From: Macrostomum lignano | Taxonomy: Eukaryota | Length of the DNA: 64,000 nucleotides | Direction: 5' to 3' | Assembly (NCBI GenBank): GCA_002269645.1 | Contig: NIVC01000391.1 | Span: 62,001-126,000 of the forward strand | Part shown: positions 13,189 through 25,688 of the stretch, in pieces | Layout: each line of letters opens with the position of its first letter | How positions within the stretch are numbered: the stretch's first letter is position 1 | The notes under the pieces: model-generated | Seen by the model: only the letters and a program-made list of their open reading frames with translations | The model's database searches: none | Told to the model about the DNA's origin: nothing | Translations under genes and position numbers: made by a program

Positions 13189-14118
13189 ATGGAGATTCAA
13201 TCGCTTCCGGAGTCAAATCCAGCCTCAGTTGATGAAGCTGAAGAAGTCGAGAAGGCGGACACGGTGGCTGAGAAGTCGCTGGCAGATAGTCTCGAGCAAT
13301 GCGTTTCGCTTAACGAACAGTCGGAGCCGGACTCGACTCAAGCGCAGGAGACTAATATTGATGAAGTGCTAGATTCTAATCCGCCGCAGCTTCCACAGAA
13401 GCCAGACTTTGTGCCGTCGCTGCTGCTTGGCTCAGACGAGCCGCCAGTTGGTGCAGACGCTCTGGAGCCTCTGGTCAGCACTGGCCGCAGTTGGGCCAGC
13501 ACAGCAGGCGGGCTCCGACCGGTCCTGCCCGCCTGGCTGGCCAGGAAGCTGCGCACAGCGATGGCGCTGGCCATGGATGAAACCGGAAAACGAATTTCCG
13601 AGGGCCACTGCTGGTCGCTACCGTGCAGTCCTCGATGGCAGTGTCGTCGCTGGATGCGATCGCGTCCGCTGATATCGGCTAGGGCTCCGATTCCGCAGTC
13701 GTCCAGATCTGTTCACTCAGCCCGCTCCGACCCGGTGTCGGGCAGTACGGACTTGTCTTGGACCAGAATTCGCGCCCTCCGCGACAGAGTCAACGCGGCC
13801 CAGCGAGTTCTGGAAGCGGCCGAACGATTCGGCAGTCGAGGCATCGAAGCGCGTCGCTTGCTGGCGGACAGCGTGGAGCTTCGACGCAGTGTTGAAGAGC
13901 TTCAGGAGCAGCAGCAGCAGCAGCAACGGGAGCAGCAGAAGAGGCTGCAGCAGGAGCTTCAGCGTAGGGAGTGGTACTGGCAGCGTCCGATCTGGCGACC
14001 TCGCCGACCTGAACGCCAGTCGCTGCCACCGAGCTGCCTGCTGGATCGGCTGGTGCGAATCCGACGCGATGTTGTGCGGTCAACCTTTAGGATGGGTCTG
14101 GGCATCGCCTGCCAGTGA
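13189..14118 (+). CDS. Hypothetical protein, about 309 aa (acidic N-terminus, Gln-rich coiled-coil-like C-terminal part)
   Basis: Uninterrupted, non-repetitive, GC-rich ORF with a first ATG at 13189. No family recognised. Confidence 0.5.
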   Translation: MEIQSLPESNPASVDEAEEVEKADTVAEKSLADSLEQCVSLNEQSEPDSTQAQETNIDEVLDSNPPQLPQKPDFVPSLLLGSDEPPVGADALEPLVSTGRSWASTAGGLRPVLPAWLARKLRTAMALAMDETGKRISEGHCWSLPCSPRWQCRRWMRSRPLISARAPIPQSSRSVHSARSDPVSGSTDLSWTRIRALRDRVNAAQRVLEAAERFGSRGIEARRLLADSVELRRSVEELQEQQQQQQREQQKRLQQELQRREWYWQRPIWRPRRPERQSLPPSCLLDRLVRIRRDVVRSTFRMGLGIACQ

Positions 14119-14777
14119 CTCCTTAGCGACATGTCCTTGACTTGAAGAAGACTGGCTCGATATGCAAACTTGAAGAAGACAAAACGCAGGATTAATAGCG
14201 TCTCTCTTGAGCATGTTGGAGTGAGCAGGCTTTGAGCAGTTTTTTTGTTGTTCAATTCTAAAAGTTGACTATCACATCAATCTATCATCTGTCATGGAAG
14301 TCGCCTCTCATTGCGTGTTAGATTTACTCAACATTACAGCATGTGCCTAACGTTATTGCCCTTTCAAATCTCTGATGAACGCCATTCGGACCTCTTGATA
14401 AGCAAATATAATATATTGCTTATTTATCGTTGCAGAGTTTGATAAATTATTTTGTAGATGCGTATCTAACTTAGTTTTAGATGTGTTTGTGTACTAATCG
14501 TCTCCCCTGTCTGTCGCTGAATAATTTCATTCCTGGTTTCTTGTGCCGCCTAACCACGACAGTATTTGATTTATTTTCTTGATGTAAACTTTTCACGAAA
14601 TTGCGTCTAAAAGGGACTTGATGTGCCATTTGACAGTGCTGCAAGTTTTAAATATACACTGTAAAACATGTATATAAGAGACAAAACTTGTCTTGCTATG
14701 ATTTCATTCCAAGCTGAACTCGTCTGCTCGTGTATTCTATGCATTCGTTTCCCAGGCTGCTTCAGACTGGTATTCAC

Positions 14778-15089
14778 AACACAATCCCAAGCCTTGACGT
14801 CTCAGCAATTCCCCCAAGCCTTGACATCTCAGCAATTCCCCTAAGCCTTGACATCTCAGCAATTCCCCCAAGCTTTGCCATCTCAGCAATTCCCCCAAGC
14901 CTTGCCATCTCAGCAATTCCCCTAAGCCCTGCCATCTCAGCAATTCTCCCCCAAGCCTTGACATCTCAGTAATTCCCCCCAAGCCTTGCCATCTCAGCAA
15001 TTCCCCTAAGCCCTGCCATCTCAGCAATTCTCCCCCAAGCCTTGACATCTCAGTAATTCCCCCCCAAGCCTTGACATCTCAGTAATTCC
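14778..15089. repeat. Minisatellite, about 27-bp unit CCAAGCCTTGACATCTCAGCAATTCCC
   Basis: About 11 tandem copies. Confidence 0.95.
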
Positions 15090-15587
15090 CTTAGTAAGCA
15101 GTAAACTTATTCGTTTTTTTACTTCTTAAATCAAGTATATTTGTAAGAAAAGTGTTTCATTAAGGTACTCTTAAGCCATTATTGTAGGTACGAGTATAAT
15201 TCCATTTCAATGCATAGTAGTTCCTACATACACAGTTAGTGCATATAAATTCGGGCTTATGAAATAATATGAAAATGAAACTTTCACTATACACAGCTAT
15301 ACAAAATACAAGACTAACATGCTGTGCATGCTAAATTAAAATAATAGTAAACTTTACCATTACCAAAGTGGTCCTAGTGTTATACTAAAGTGGTCCTTGG
15401 CTTGCTCATGTGCAGCATGTTGTGCATGCGAGACGGCAAGCCCCCTCCACAAAAAAAAACTGATCGTAAAAAGTGCACGAGTGCAAAAGTGCAAAAGTGC
15501 AAAAAAAGTGCAAAAAGTGTACTTTTGGTTCATCCTTGTAATAAATCAGTAGGAGTCTGCAGCCACTTCATCCCCGCATATTTCCAG

Positions 15588-16166
15588 GAATCGGAGGCTT
15601 CCCAAATCGCAGCCCTTGAGCGCCAGGAGCTCGCCAGCCCGCCGCTAGACAATCAGCAAGCAGGCCGCCTGCTGCTGCTCTACCTGCTTAGCGGCGACCT
15701 GTGCAATGCGCGCCTGTTATGGCGCCGGACTCCTCAGGCGCTGCGCTCCGGCGCCAGCCAGCCTCTGGCTAATATCTGGCGCTGCGGCGCCGCGCTGTTC
15801 TCGCGCGACTATTCAACATTCTACACAGCTGCGGCGGACGCGGCTGCCTCGACAGCGGCGCCGATGCCACCGGATCTGGCCGACCTGCTGGCAAGGCTGG
15901 TGACGAAGACCCGGCGGGATCGCGCCGCCGCCCTGGCCGCCGCCTACTCCTGCATCGGCCGCGCCCGCCTCGCCAAGGAGGTTGGCGTGTCGCCCAGCGG
16001 CGTCGCCGAAGCCCTGCCCGACTGGCGAGTCGGCCCCGACCAGGGCGACAGCGGCTTCCTGGCCCCGCCTGAGCCCGCCGCCACCGCCGCCGATGCCCCG
16101 CTGATGGACACCTTTGAAGCTATTCAGAAACTCAGCGCCACCATCGGCTTTGTGGAGAACCACTGA
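15588..16166 (+). CDS. COPS8: COP9 signalosome subunit 8 (PCI/CSN8 domain); start codon not located in cis
   Basis: LERQELA...LLLLYLLSGDLCNARLLWRRTP...IWRCGAALFSRDY...TRRDRAAALAAAYSCI...QKLSATIGFVENH follows the CSN8 pattern (LENQELE / LLALYLL.NDMNNARYLWKRIP / LTDYVAFLEN). The exon starts after acceptor TTTCCAG at 15587. Confidence 0.9.
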   Translation, partial: ESEASQIAALERQELASPPLDNQQAGRLLLLYLLSGDLCNARLLWRRTPQALRSGASQPLANIWRCGAALFSRDYSTFYTAAADAAASTAAPMPPDLADLLARLVTKTRRDRAAALAAAYSCIGRARLAKEVGVSPSGVAEALPDWRVGPDQGDSGFLAPPEPAATAADAPLMDTFEAIQKLSATIGFVENH

Positions 16167-16214
16167 GTCTTTGTTGCGCTCTTTCCCTCGTCTGATTCTG
16201 TCCTCTCCCTGACC

Positions 16215-16575
16215 TCTCCTACCCTCCTACCCTTCCCTCCTACCCTCCTACCCCTCCTACCGTCCTCTCCTACCCTCCTCCTACCCCTCCTACCCTCCTC
16301 CTACCCCTCCTACCCTCCTCCTACCCCTCCTACCCCTCCTACCCTCCTCCTACCCCTCCTACCCTCCTCCTACCCCTCCTACCCCTCCTACCCCTCCTAC
16401 CCCTCCTACCCTCCTCCTACCCCTCCTACCCTCCTCCTACCCCTCCTACCCTCTTCTCCTACCCCTCCTACCCTCCTCCTACCCCTCCTACCCTCCTCCT
16501 ACCCCTCCTACCCCTCCTACCCTCCTCCTACCCCTCCTACCCTCCTCCTACCCCTCCTACCCTCCTCCTACCCTT
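16215..16575. repeat. C-rich low-complexity repeat (CCTCCTACCC variants)
   Basis: Tandem CCT/CCTA/CCCC motifs just after the COPS8 stop. Confidence 0.9.
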
Positions 16576-16974
16576 TTGCCCTTCCCCTCCTGCAGTCATA
16601 TGTCACCCTCTGCTTCCTATTTACCTCACCTTTCTCCTCTGTTCATTACCATCCCATACAGGCCCGCATAGTGGAGCGACCTGAGCTAGCTAGCTGTCAA
16701 CGGATTGTCACTCATTGTCAGTATCCCGGATTTCTAGACCTACTTCTCAGTCCCGATGCTAATCTATCACCAGTTTCAACTACTTGAAGTACTCGTAGCT
16801 ATATTAAATATTGTATCAGTCCTATTGTCTGATTCTAAAGTAATACAATTATACATATTTTTCCCGCTTGTAAATGAGGGATATCAATTTTTTAATCGGC
16901 TTTCGTGTTGCCTTTGAACTTAATTTGTATTATGTTTTTCTACAGTCAACTCATTTTGTCTCATTTCATACTGT

Positions 16975-17575
16975 CTTATCTCATGTAATCTCTGTAATCT
17001 CGTCTCATCTCATGTAATCTCATGTAATCTCGTCTCATCTCATGTAATCTCATTTCATCTCGTCTTATCTCATCTAATCTCATGTAATCTCGTCTCATCT
17101 CATGTAATCTCATGTAATCTCATTTCATTTTGTCTTATCTCATCTAATCTCATGTAATCTCGTCTCATCTCATGTAATCTCATGTAATCTCGTCTCATCT
17201 CATGTAATCTCATTTCATCTCGTCTTATCTCATCTAATCTCATGTAATCTCGTCTCATCTCATGTAATCTCATGTAATCTCGTCTCATCTCATGTAATCT
17301 CATGTAATCTCGTCTTATCTCATGTAATCTCATTTCATCTCGTCTTATCTCATCTAATCTCATGTAATCTCGTCTCATCTCATGTAATCTCATGTAATCT
17401 CGTCTCATCTCATGTAATCTCATGTAATCTCGTCTCATCTCATGTAATCTCATTTCATCTCGTCTTATCTCATCTAATCTCATGTAATCTCGTCTCATCT
17501 CATGTAATCTCATGTAATCTCATTTCATCTTGTCTCGTCACATCTCATCTCATTTTTATTGTCTTATCTCATTTT
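16975..17575. repeat. Minisatellite of 10-bp subunits (CATGTAATCT / CGTCTCATCT) with higher-order repetition
   Basis: Tandem array; source of the spurious MRLHEMRRDY ORF. Confidence 0.95.
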
Positions 17576-17694
17576 GAATCTCTATTAATCTTGTCTCATC
17601 TCCTATATCCTAAAATCCTCCCCAATCCGACAGTCATCAGCTCGTGTTCATCCGTCCCTCTGCTGTCTGTTTGTCCTTCAGCCATCCCGTCCAG

Positions 17695-19165
17695 ATGGCA
17701 AGCGAAAAAGAGCCGCGAGACGGGCAGCAGTCGCCGCCGCAGCCGCAGGGCACGAATGAACCGATCCAGCCGGCCTTGTTGCCATGCCAACCAGCCGCGG
17801 CTGGGACGCCGCTAGCCGCCGGTCAGCTGGTGCTAGTGCGGCACGGGGAGTCAGTTGCTAACGCCAACAGGGAGCTGAGCGGCTGGCAGGACTCAGCGTT
17901 GACCAGCCAGGGCGAGGCGCAGGCACTCTGCGTTGCTAGGCAACTGCGCGAGGCCAACTGGTCGCCTGAGCTGGCCTTCTGCAGCGTCCTGCAGCGGGCC
18001 AGGAGGACCTGTCAGATCATCTGCTGCCAGCTGAGCCCTGCCGCCACTGCCGGCTTTGAGGGCCGGGAGGTGAGATTGGACTGACTGGGATGGGTGAGAT
18101 TGGACGGACTGGCTGGGATGGGTGAGATTGGACTGGCTGGGATGGGTGAGATTGGACTGGCTGGGATGGGTGAGATTGGACTGGCTGGGATGGGTGAGAT
18201 TAGACTGGCTGGGATGGGTGAGATTGGACTGGCTGGGATGGGTGAGATTGGACTGGCTGGGATGGGTGAGATTGGACTGGCTGGGATGGGTGAGATTGGA
18301 CTGGCTGGGATGGGTGAGATTGGACTGGCTGGGATGGGTGAGATTGGACTGGCAGGGTGAGTGATGAGATTGGCAGGGTGAGTGATGAGAATGGCAGGGT
18401 GAGTGATGAGATTGGCAGGGTGAGTGATGAGAATGGCAGGGTGAGTGATGAGATTGGCAGGGTGAGTGATGAGATTGGCAGGGTGAGTGATGAGATTGGC
18501 AGGGTGAGTGATGAGATTGGCAGGGTGAGTGATGAGATTGGCAGGGTGAGTGATGAGATTGGCAGGGTGAGTGATGAGATTGGCAGAGTGAGTGATGAGA
18601 TTGGCAGGGTGAGTGATGAGATTGGCAGGGTGAGTGATGAGATTGGCAGGGTGAGTGATGAGATTGGCAGGGTGAGTGATGAGAGTGCTGTCATATCATG
18701 CGAATTAATTCGTTAAACCGCGAACCGCCCCGCTGCGCACCGCAGAGCCCAGTGTGCCCAATTCAGACCTCCTGGCAGCTCAACGAGCAGATGTACGGCA
18801 CCCTGGTCGGCCAGGCCAACCGCCGCGGCGTCCTGTCGGCCTGGAACGACCGGCCGCCGCCGCTGGCCCGCAGCGACCCCCTGTGGCCGGGCCACGAGGC
18901 CAAATATGACGGCGTGCCGCGGGACCTGCTGCCCGAGTCCGAGACCTGCCTGGAGGCCTTCGACCGGGTGCGCGGCTACTTTGCCAAGGCCATCGCGCCG
19001 CAGGTGCTGGCCGGCCGCCGGGTGCTTTGGGTCGGCCACGGCGGCGTCTTTCACTCGTTTGTGCTGCGAACTGTCGGCCAGAATGTGCACTTTGTCAACT
19101 GCCAGCCCTACCTGCTGCTGCTCAACCGCCACGGCTGGCCTGTCGGTATTGAGTCCTGCTTCTGA
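17695..19165 (+). CDS. Histidine phosphatase superfamily, cofactor-dependent phosphoglycerate mutase-like protein, 2 exons
   Basis: Exons 17695-18069 and 18746-19165 (phase 0). Motifs LVLVRHGES, SGWQDSALT, CSVLQRARRT, SWQLNEQMYG, VLWVGHGG. Confidence 0.9.
18070..18684. repeat. Two adjacent intronic minisatellites: 24-bp GTGAGATTGGACTGGCTGGGATGG and 21-bp GGTGAGTGATGAGATTGGCAG
   Basis: About 12 and about 15 copies. The first unit begins at the intron donor. Confidence 0.95.
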
Positions 19166-19227
19166 GTTCAGTCTCGTAGCATTCAAGATGCTCATGCGAG
19201 ACTTGACGGCGACTTTGACGCAATTCA

Positions 19228-19371
19228 TTTCTTAGAAACTATTTGAAGGCCGGCTGGTTGGCTTTAACGCAAAGTTGGCACTGCGGAGATGTTAACAATG
19301 AAATTAGTGCCTTTGGTCTAAAGTGCAAAGTTCCTTGCTTAGAACTCGGCCTTCAAATAGTTTCTAAGAAA
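19228..19371. mobile_element. Small inverted-repeat element (25-bp perfect IR) in the PGAM-like 3' region
   Basis: TTTCTTAGAAACTATTTGAAGGCCG ... CGGCCTTCAAATAGTTTCTAAGAAA. Confidence 0.55.
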
Positions 19372-20182
19372 CCGTAGTTTTGAAGAGTTGCCGTTGTCTA
19401 AAACAATGCAATGTATTTTGTGGGCGCAGCTTGTTTACCTTCATTGCAGTTCTACGGTAAACATTTCTTGTCCCCGTGTTTCTAGTCTGGGCTCGGCCTC
19501 AGTCACTCTCAAAGTGATGCATCCCTTTAAATGCGGCATTGAAAATGCTTTTTAATAAAATTTATCTGTACAAAGGTGCTAATGAGCAATGAAGCCTATT
19601 GAACTAAAACTTGCGTTAGACACTACTTACTTAGTAGTGCTAATATCTCAGTAGAATGAGTAGGCTATGTATTAGCAATTTGTACAGTCTGCAAGTGCCC
19701 ATTTGTTTCGCTATGCCTATTGTGAAATGATTTTCACTCCAGTTTAAACGCTGCAGTGACTAAGGAATATTAATTTACTCTTTAAAGGCACCGCGCTCTG
19801 CTGCTAACCATGTATTAGTTTTTAATTTGTTTACATTATCTGCGCACGCACGACTTGCATTATTTCTGTGAATAATTGTATGTGAGCTTCACTTTCTCAT
19901 TGCTCACATGCCGACAACTGAATCGAATCTATGAACTTGTTACGAGGCTTTTTTTAGAGTGGATTGTTTCTTAGTGTATAGTGGAATATCCACAGTTTCA
20001 CCTGCAGCCTTCTATGCCACTCTGCTCTCCTGCTTCAATGGTTTATTAATTATATTAATATTCGAATGGCATTGAGCGGACATTCACTGGTCATCCCGGT
20101 CCTCATTCTGTCGTATATTGTTCTCATTGTTTACTTTTGCTGTATTTATTAAAACTTCTGTGCACAGCATGTTGTTATTTGC

Positions 20183-23100
20183 TAACTTGATGCATCCCAG
20201 CTCATTGATAACTTGATGCATCCCAGTTCATTGATAACTTGATGCATCCCAGCTCATTGATAACTTGATGCATCCCAGTTCATTGATAACTTAATAAATC
20301 TCAGTTCCTTGATAACTTAATAAATCTCAGTTCCTTGATAACTTAATAAATCTCAGTTCCTTGATAACTTAATAAATCTCAGTTCCTTGATAACTTGATG
20401 CATCCCAGTTCATTGAAAACTTGATGCATCCCAGCTCATTGATAACTTGATGCATCCCAGCTCATTGATAACTTAATAAATCTCAGTTCCTTGATAACTT
20501 AATAAATCTCAGTTCCTTGAGAACTTGATAAATCCCAGTTCATTGATAACTTGATGCATCCCAGCTCATTGATAACTTGATGCATCCCAGTTCATTGATA
20601 ACTTGATGCATCCCAGTTCATTGATAACTTGATGCATCCCAGCTCATTGATAACTTGATGCATCCCAGTTCATTGATAACTTGATGCATCTCACTTCATT
20701 GATAACTTGATGCATCCCACTTCATTGATAACTTGATGCATCCCAGCTCATTGATAACTTGATGCATCCCAGTTCATTGATAACTTGATGCATCCCAGTT
20801 CATTGATAACTTGATGCATCTCACTTCATTGATAACTTGATGCATCTCACTTCATTGATAACTTGATGCATCTCACTTCATTGATAACTTGATGCATCCC
20901 ACTTCATTGATAACTTGATGCATCTCACTTCATTGATAACTTCATGCATCCCACTTCATTGATAACTTGATGCATCCCAGTTCCTTGATAACTTGATCTA
21001 TCCCAGTTCATTGATAACTTGATGCATCCCAGTTCATTGATAACTTGATGCATCCCAGTTCATTGATAACTTGATGCATCCCAGTTCATTGATAACTTGA
21101 TGCATCCCAGTTCATTGATAACTTGATAAATCTCAGTTCCTTGATAACTTGATGCATCCCAGTTCATTGATAACTTGATGCATCCCAGTTCATTGATAAC
21201 TTGATGCATCCCAGCTCATTGATAACTTGATGCATCCCACTTCATTGATAACTTGATGCATCCCACTTCATTGATAACTTGATGCATCCCAGTTCATTGA
21301 TAACTTGATGCATCCCAGTTCATTGATAACTTAATAAATCTCAGTTCCTTGATAACTTGATGCATCCCAGTTCATTGATAACTTGATGCATCCCACTTCA
21401 TTGATAACTTGATGCATCCCAGTTCATTGATAACTTGATGCATCCCACTTCATTGATAACTTGATGCATCCCAGCTCATTGATAACTTGATGCATCCCAG
21501 TTCATTGATAACTTGATGCATCCCAGTTCATTGATAACTTGATGCATCCCAGTTCATTGATAACTTGATGCATCCCAGCTCATTGATAACTTGATGCATC
21601 CCACTTCATTGATAACTTGATGCATCCCAGTTCATTGATAACTTGATGCATCCCACTTCATTGATAACTTGATGCATCCCAGCTCATTGATAACTTGATG
21701 CATCCCAGTTCATTGATAACTTGATGCATCCCAGTTCATTGATAACTTGATGCATCCCAGTTCATTGATAACTTAATAAATCCCAGTTCATTGATAACTT
21801 GATGCATCCCAGCTCATTGATAACTTGATGCATCCCAGCTCATTGATAACTTGATGCATCCCAGTTCATTGATAACTTGATGCATCCCAGTTCATTGATA
21901 ACTTGATGCATCCCAGTTCATTGATAACTTGATGCATCCCAGCTCATTGATAACTTGATGCATCCCAGCTCATTGATAACTTGATGCATCCCAGTTCATT
22001 GATAACTTAATAAATCTCAGTTCCTTGATAACTTGATGCATCCCAGTTCATTGATAACTTGATGCATCCCACTTCATTGATAACTTGATGCATCCCAGTT
22101 CATTGATAACTTGATGCATCCCACTTCATTGATAACTTGATGCATCCCAGCTCATTGATAACTTGATGCATCCCAGTTCATTGATAACTTGATGCATCCC
22201 AGTTCATTGATAACTTGATGCATCCCAGTTCATTGATAACTTGATGCATCCCAGCTCATTGATAACTTGATGCATCCCAGCTCATTGATAACTTGATGCA
22301 TCCCAGCTCATTGATAACTTGATGCATCCCAGTTCATTGATAACTTGATGCATCCCAGTTCATTGATAACTTGATGCATCCCAGTTCATTGATAACTTGA
22401 TGCATCCCAGCTCATTGATAACTTGATGCATCCCAGCTCATTGATAACTTGATGCATCCCAGCTCATTGATAACTTAATAAATCTCAGTTCCTTGATAAC
22501 TTAATAAATCCCAGTTCATTGATAACTTGATGCATCCCAGCTCATTGATAACTTGATGCATCCCAGCTCATTGATAACTTGATGCATCTCACTTCATTGA
22601 TAACTTGATGCATCCCAGTTCATTGATAACTTGATGCATCCCAGCTCATTGATAACTTAATAAATCTCAGTTCCTTGATAACTTAATAAATCTCAGCTCA
22701 TTGATAACTTAATAAATCTCAGTTCATTGATAACTTGATGCATCCCACTTCATTGATAACTTGATGCATCCCAGCTCATTGATAACTTGATGCATCCCAG
22801 TTCATTGATAACTTGATGCATCCCAGCTCATTGATAACTTAATAAATCTCAGTTCCTTGATAACTTAATAAATCTCAGCTCATTGATAACTTAATAAATC
22901 TCAGTTCATTGATAACTTGATGCATCCCACTTCATTGATAACTTGATGCATCCCAGCTCATTGATAACTTGATGCATCCCAGTTCCTTGATAACTTGATG
23001 CATCCCAGTTCCTTGATAACTTGATGCATCCCAGTTCATTGATATCTTGATGCATCCCAGCTCATTGATAACTTAATAAATCTCAGTTCCTTGATAACTT

Positions 23101-25688
23101 AATAAATCTCAGTTCCTTGATAACTTAATAAATCTCAGTTCCTTGATAACTTGATGCATCCCAGTTCATTGAAAACTTGATGCATCCCAGCTCATTGATA
23201 ACTTGATGCATCCCAGCTCATTGATAACTTAATAAATCTCAGTTCCTTGATAACTTAATAAATCTCAGTTCCTTGATAACTTGATAAATCTCAGTTCCTT
23301 GATAACTTGATAAATCTCAGCTCATTGATAACTTAATAAATCTCAGTTCATTGATAACTTGATGCATCCCAGCTCATTGATAACTTGATGCATCCCAGCT
23401 CATTGATAACTTGATGCATCCCAGTTCATTGATAACTTGATGCATCCCTGTTCATTGATAACTTGATGCATCCCTGTTCATTGATAACTTGATGCATCCC
23501 AGCTCATTGATAACTTAATAAATCTCAGTTCCTTGATGCATCCCAGTTCATTGATAACTTGATGCATCCCAGTTCATTGATAACTTGATGCATCCCAGTT
23601 CATTGATAACTTGATGCATCCCACTTCATTGATAACTTGATGCATCCCAGCTCATTGATAACTTGATGCATCTCAGTTCATTGATAACTTGATGCATCCC
23701 AGTTCATTGATAACTTAATAAATCTCAGTTCCTTGATAACTTAATAAATCTCAGTTCCTTGATAACTTGATAAATCCCAGTTCATTGATAACTTGATGCA
23801 TCCCAGTTCATTGATAACTTGATGCATCCCAGTTCATTGATAACTTGATGCATCCCAGCTCATTGATAACTTGATGCATCCCAGCTCATTGATAACTCGA
23901 TGCATCCCAGCTCATTGATAACTTAATAAATCTCAGTTCCTTGATAACTTAATAAATCCCAGTTCATTGATAACTTGATGCATCCCAGCTCATTGATAAC
24001 TTGATGCATCCCAGCTCATTGATAACTTGATGCATCTCACTTCATTGATAACTTGATGCATCCCAGCTCATTGATAACTTGATGCATCCCAGCTCATTGA
24101 TAACTTAATAAATCTCAGTTCCTTGATAACTTAATAAATCTCAGCTCATTGATAACTTAATAAATCTCAGTTCATTGATAACTTGATGCATCCCACTTCA
24201 TTGATAACTTGATGCATCCCAGTTCGTTGATAACTTGATGCATCCCAGTTCCTTGATAACTTGATGCATCCCAGTTCATTGATAACTTGATGCATCCCAG
24301 CTCATTGATAACTTAATAAATCTCAGTTCCTTGATAACTTAATAAATCTCAGCTCATTGATAACTTATAAATCTCAGTTCATTGATAACTTGATGCATCC
24401 CACTTCATTGATAACTTGATGCATCCCAGCTCATTGATAACTTGATGCATCCCAGTTCCTTGATAACTTGATGCATCCCAGTTCCTTGATAACTTGATGC
24501 ATCCCAGTTCATTGATAACTTGATGCATCCCAGCTCATTGATAACTTAATAAATCTCAGTTCCTTGATAACTTAATAAATCTCAGTTCCTTGATAACTTT
24601 ATAAATCTCAGTTCCTTGATAACTTAATAAATCTCAGTTCCTTGATAACTTGATGCATCCCAGTTCATTGAAAACTTGATGCATCCCAGCTCATTGATAA
24701 CTTGATGCATCCCAGCTCATTGATAACTTAATAAATCTCAGTTCCTTGATAACTTAATAAATCTCAGTTCCTTGATAACTTGATAAATCTCAGTTCCCTG
24801 ATAACTTAATAAATCTCAGTTCCTTGATAACTTGATAAATCTCAGCTCATTGATAACTTAATAAATCTCAGTTCATTGATAACTTGATGCATCCCAGCTC
24901 ATTGATAACTTGATGCATCCCAGCTCATTGATAACTTGATGCATCCCAGTTCATTGATAACTTGATGCATCCCAGCTCATTGATAACTTGATGCATCCCA
25001 GTTCATTGATAACTTGATGCATCCCTGTTCATTGATAACTTGATGCATCCCTGTTCATTGATAACTTGATGCATCCCAGCTCATTGATAACTTAATAAAT
25101 CTCAGTTCCTTGATAACTTGATGCATCCCAGTTCATTGATAACTTGATGCATCCCAGTTCATTGATAACTTGATGCATCCCAGTTCATTGATAACTTGAT
25201 GCATCCCACTTCATTGATAACTTGATGCATCCCAGCTCATTGATAACTTGATGCATCTCAGTTCATTGATAACTTGATGCATCCCAGTTCATTGATAACT
25301 TAATAAATCTCAGTTCCTTGATAACTTGATGCATCCCAGTTCATTGATAACTTGATGCATCCCAGTTCATTGATAACTTGATGCATCCCAGTTCATTGAT
25401 AACTTGATGCATCCCACTTCATTGATAACTTGATGCATCCCAGCTCATTGATAACTTGATGCATCTCAGTTCATTGATAACTTGATGCATCCCAGCTCAT
25501 TGATAACTTGATGCATCTCAGTTCATTGATAACTTGATGCATCCCACTTCATTGATAACTTGATGCATCCCAGCTCATTGATAACTTGATGCATCCTAGT
25601 TCATTGATAACTTGATGCATCCCAGCTCATTGATAACTTGATGCATCCCAGCTCATTGATAACTTGATGCATCCCACTTCATTGATGC
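20183..25688. repeat. Large minisatellite, 26-bp unit CATTGATAACTTGATGCATCCCAGTT, about 210 copies
   Basis: 5.5-kb array with an interspersed variant unit (..TAATAAATCTCAGTTCC..). Confidence 0.98.

Noticed and set aside
15390-15587. N-terminal extension of COPS8 given by the ORF track
   Set aside because: Low-complexity, AT-rich and non-homologous, and it ends in a clear acceptor; treated as intron/outron.
20183-25688. CRISPR-like appearance of the regular 21-29-bp arrays
   Set aside because: Units are head-to-tail with no unique spacers, there are no cas genes, and the context is eukaryotic.
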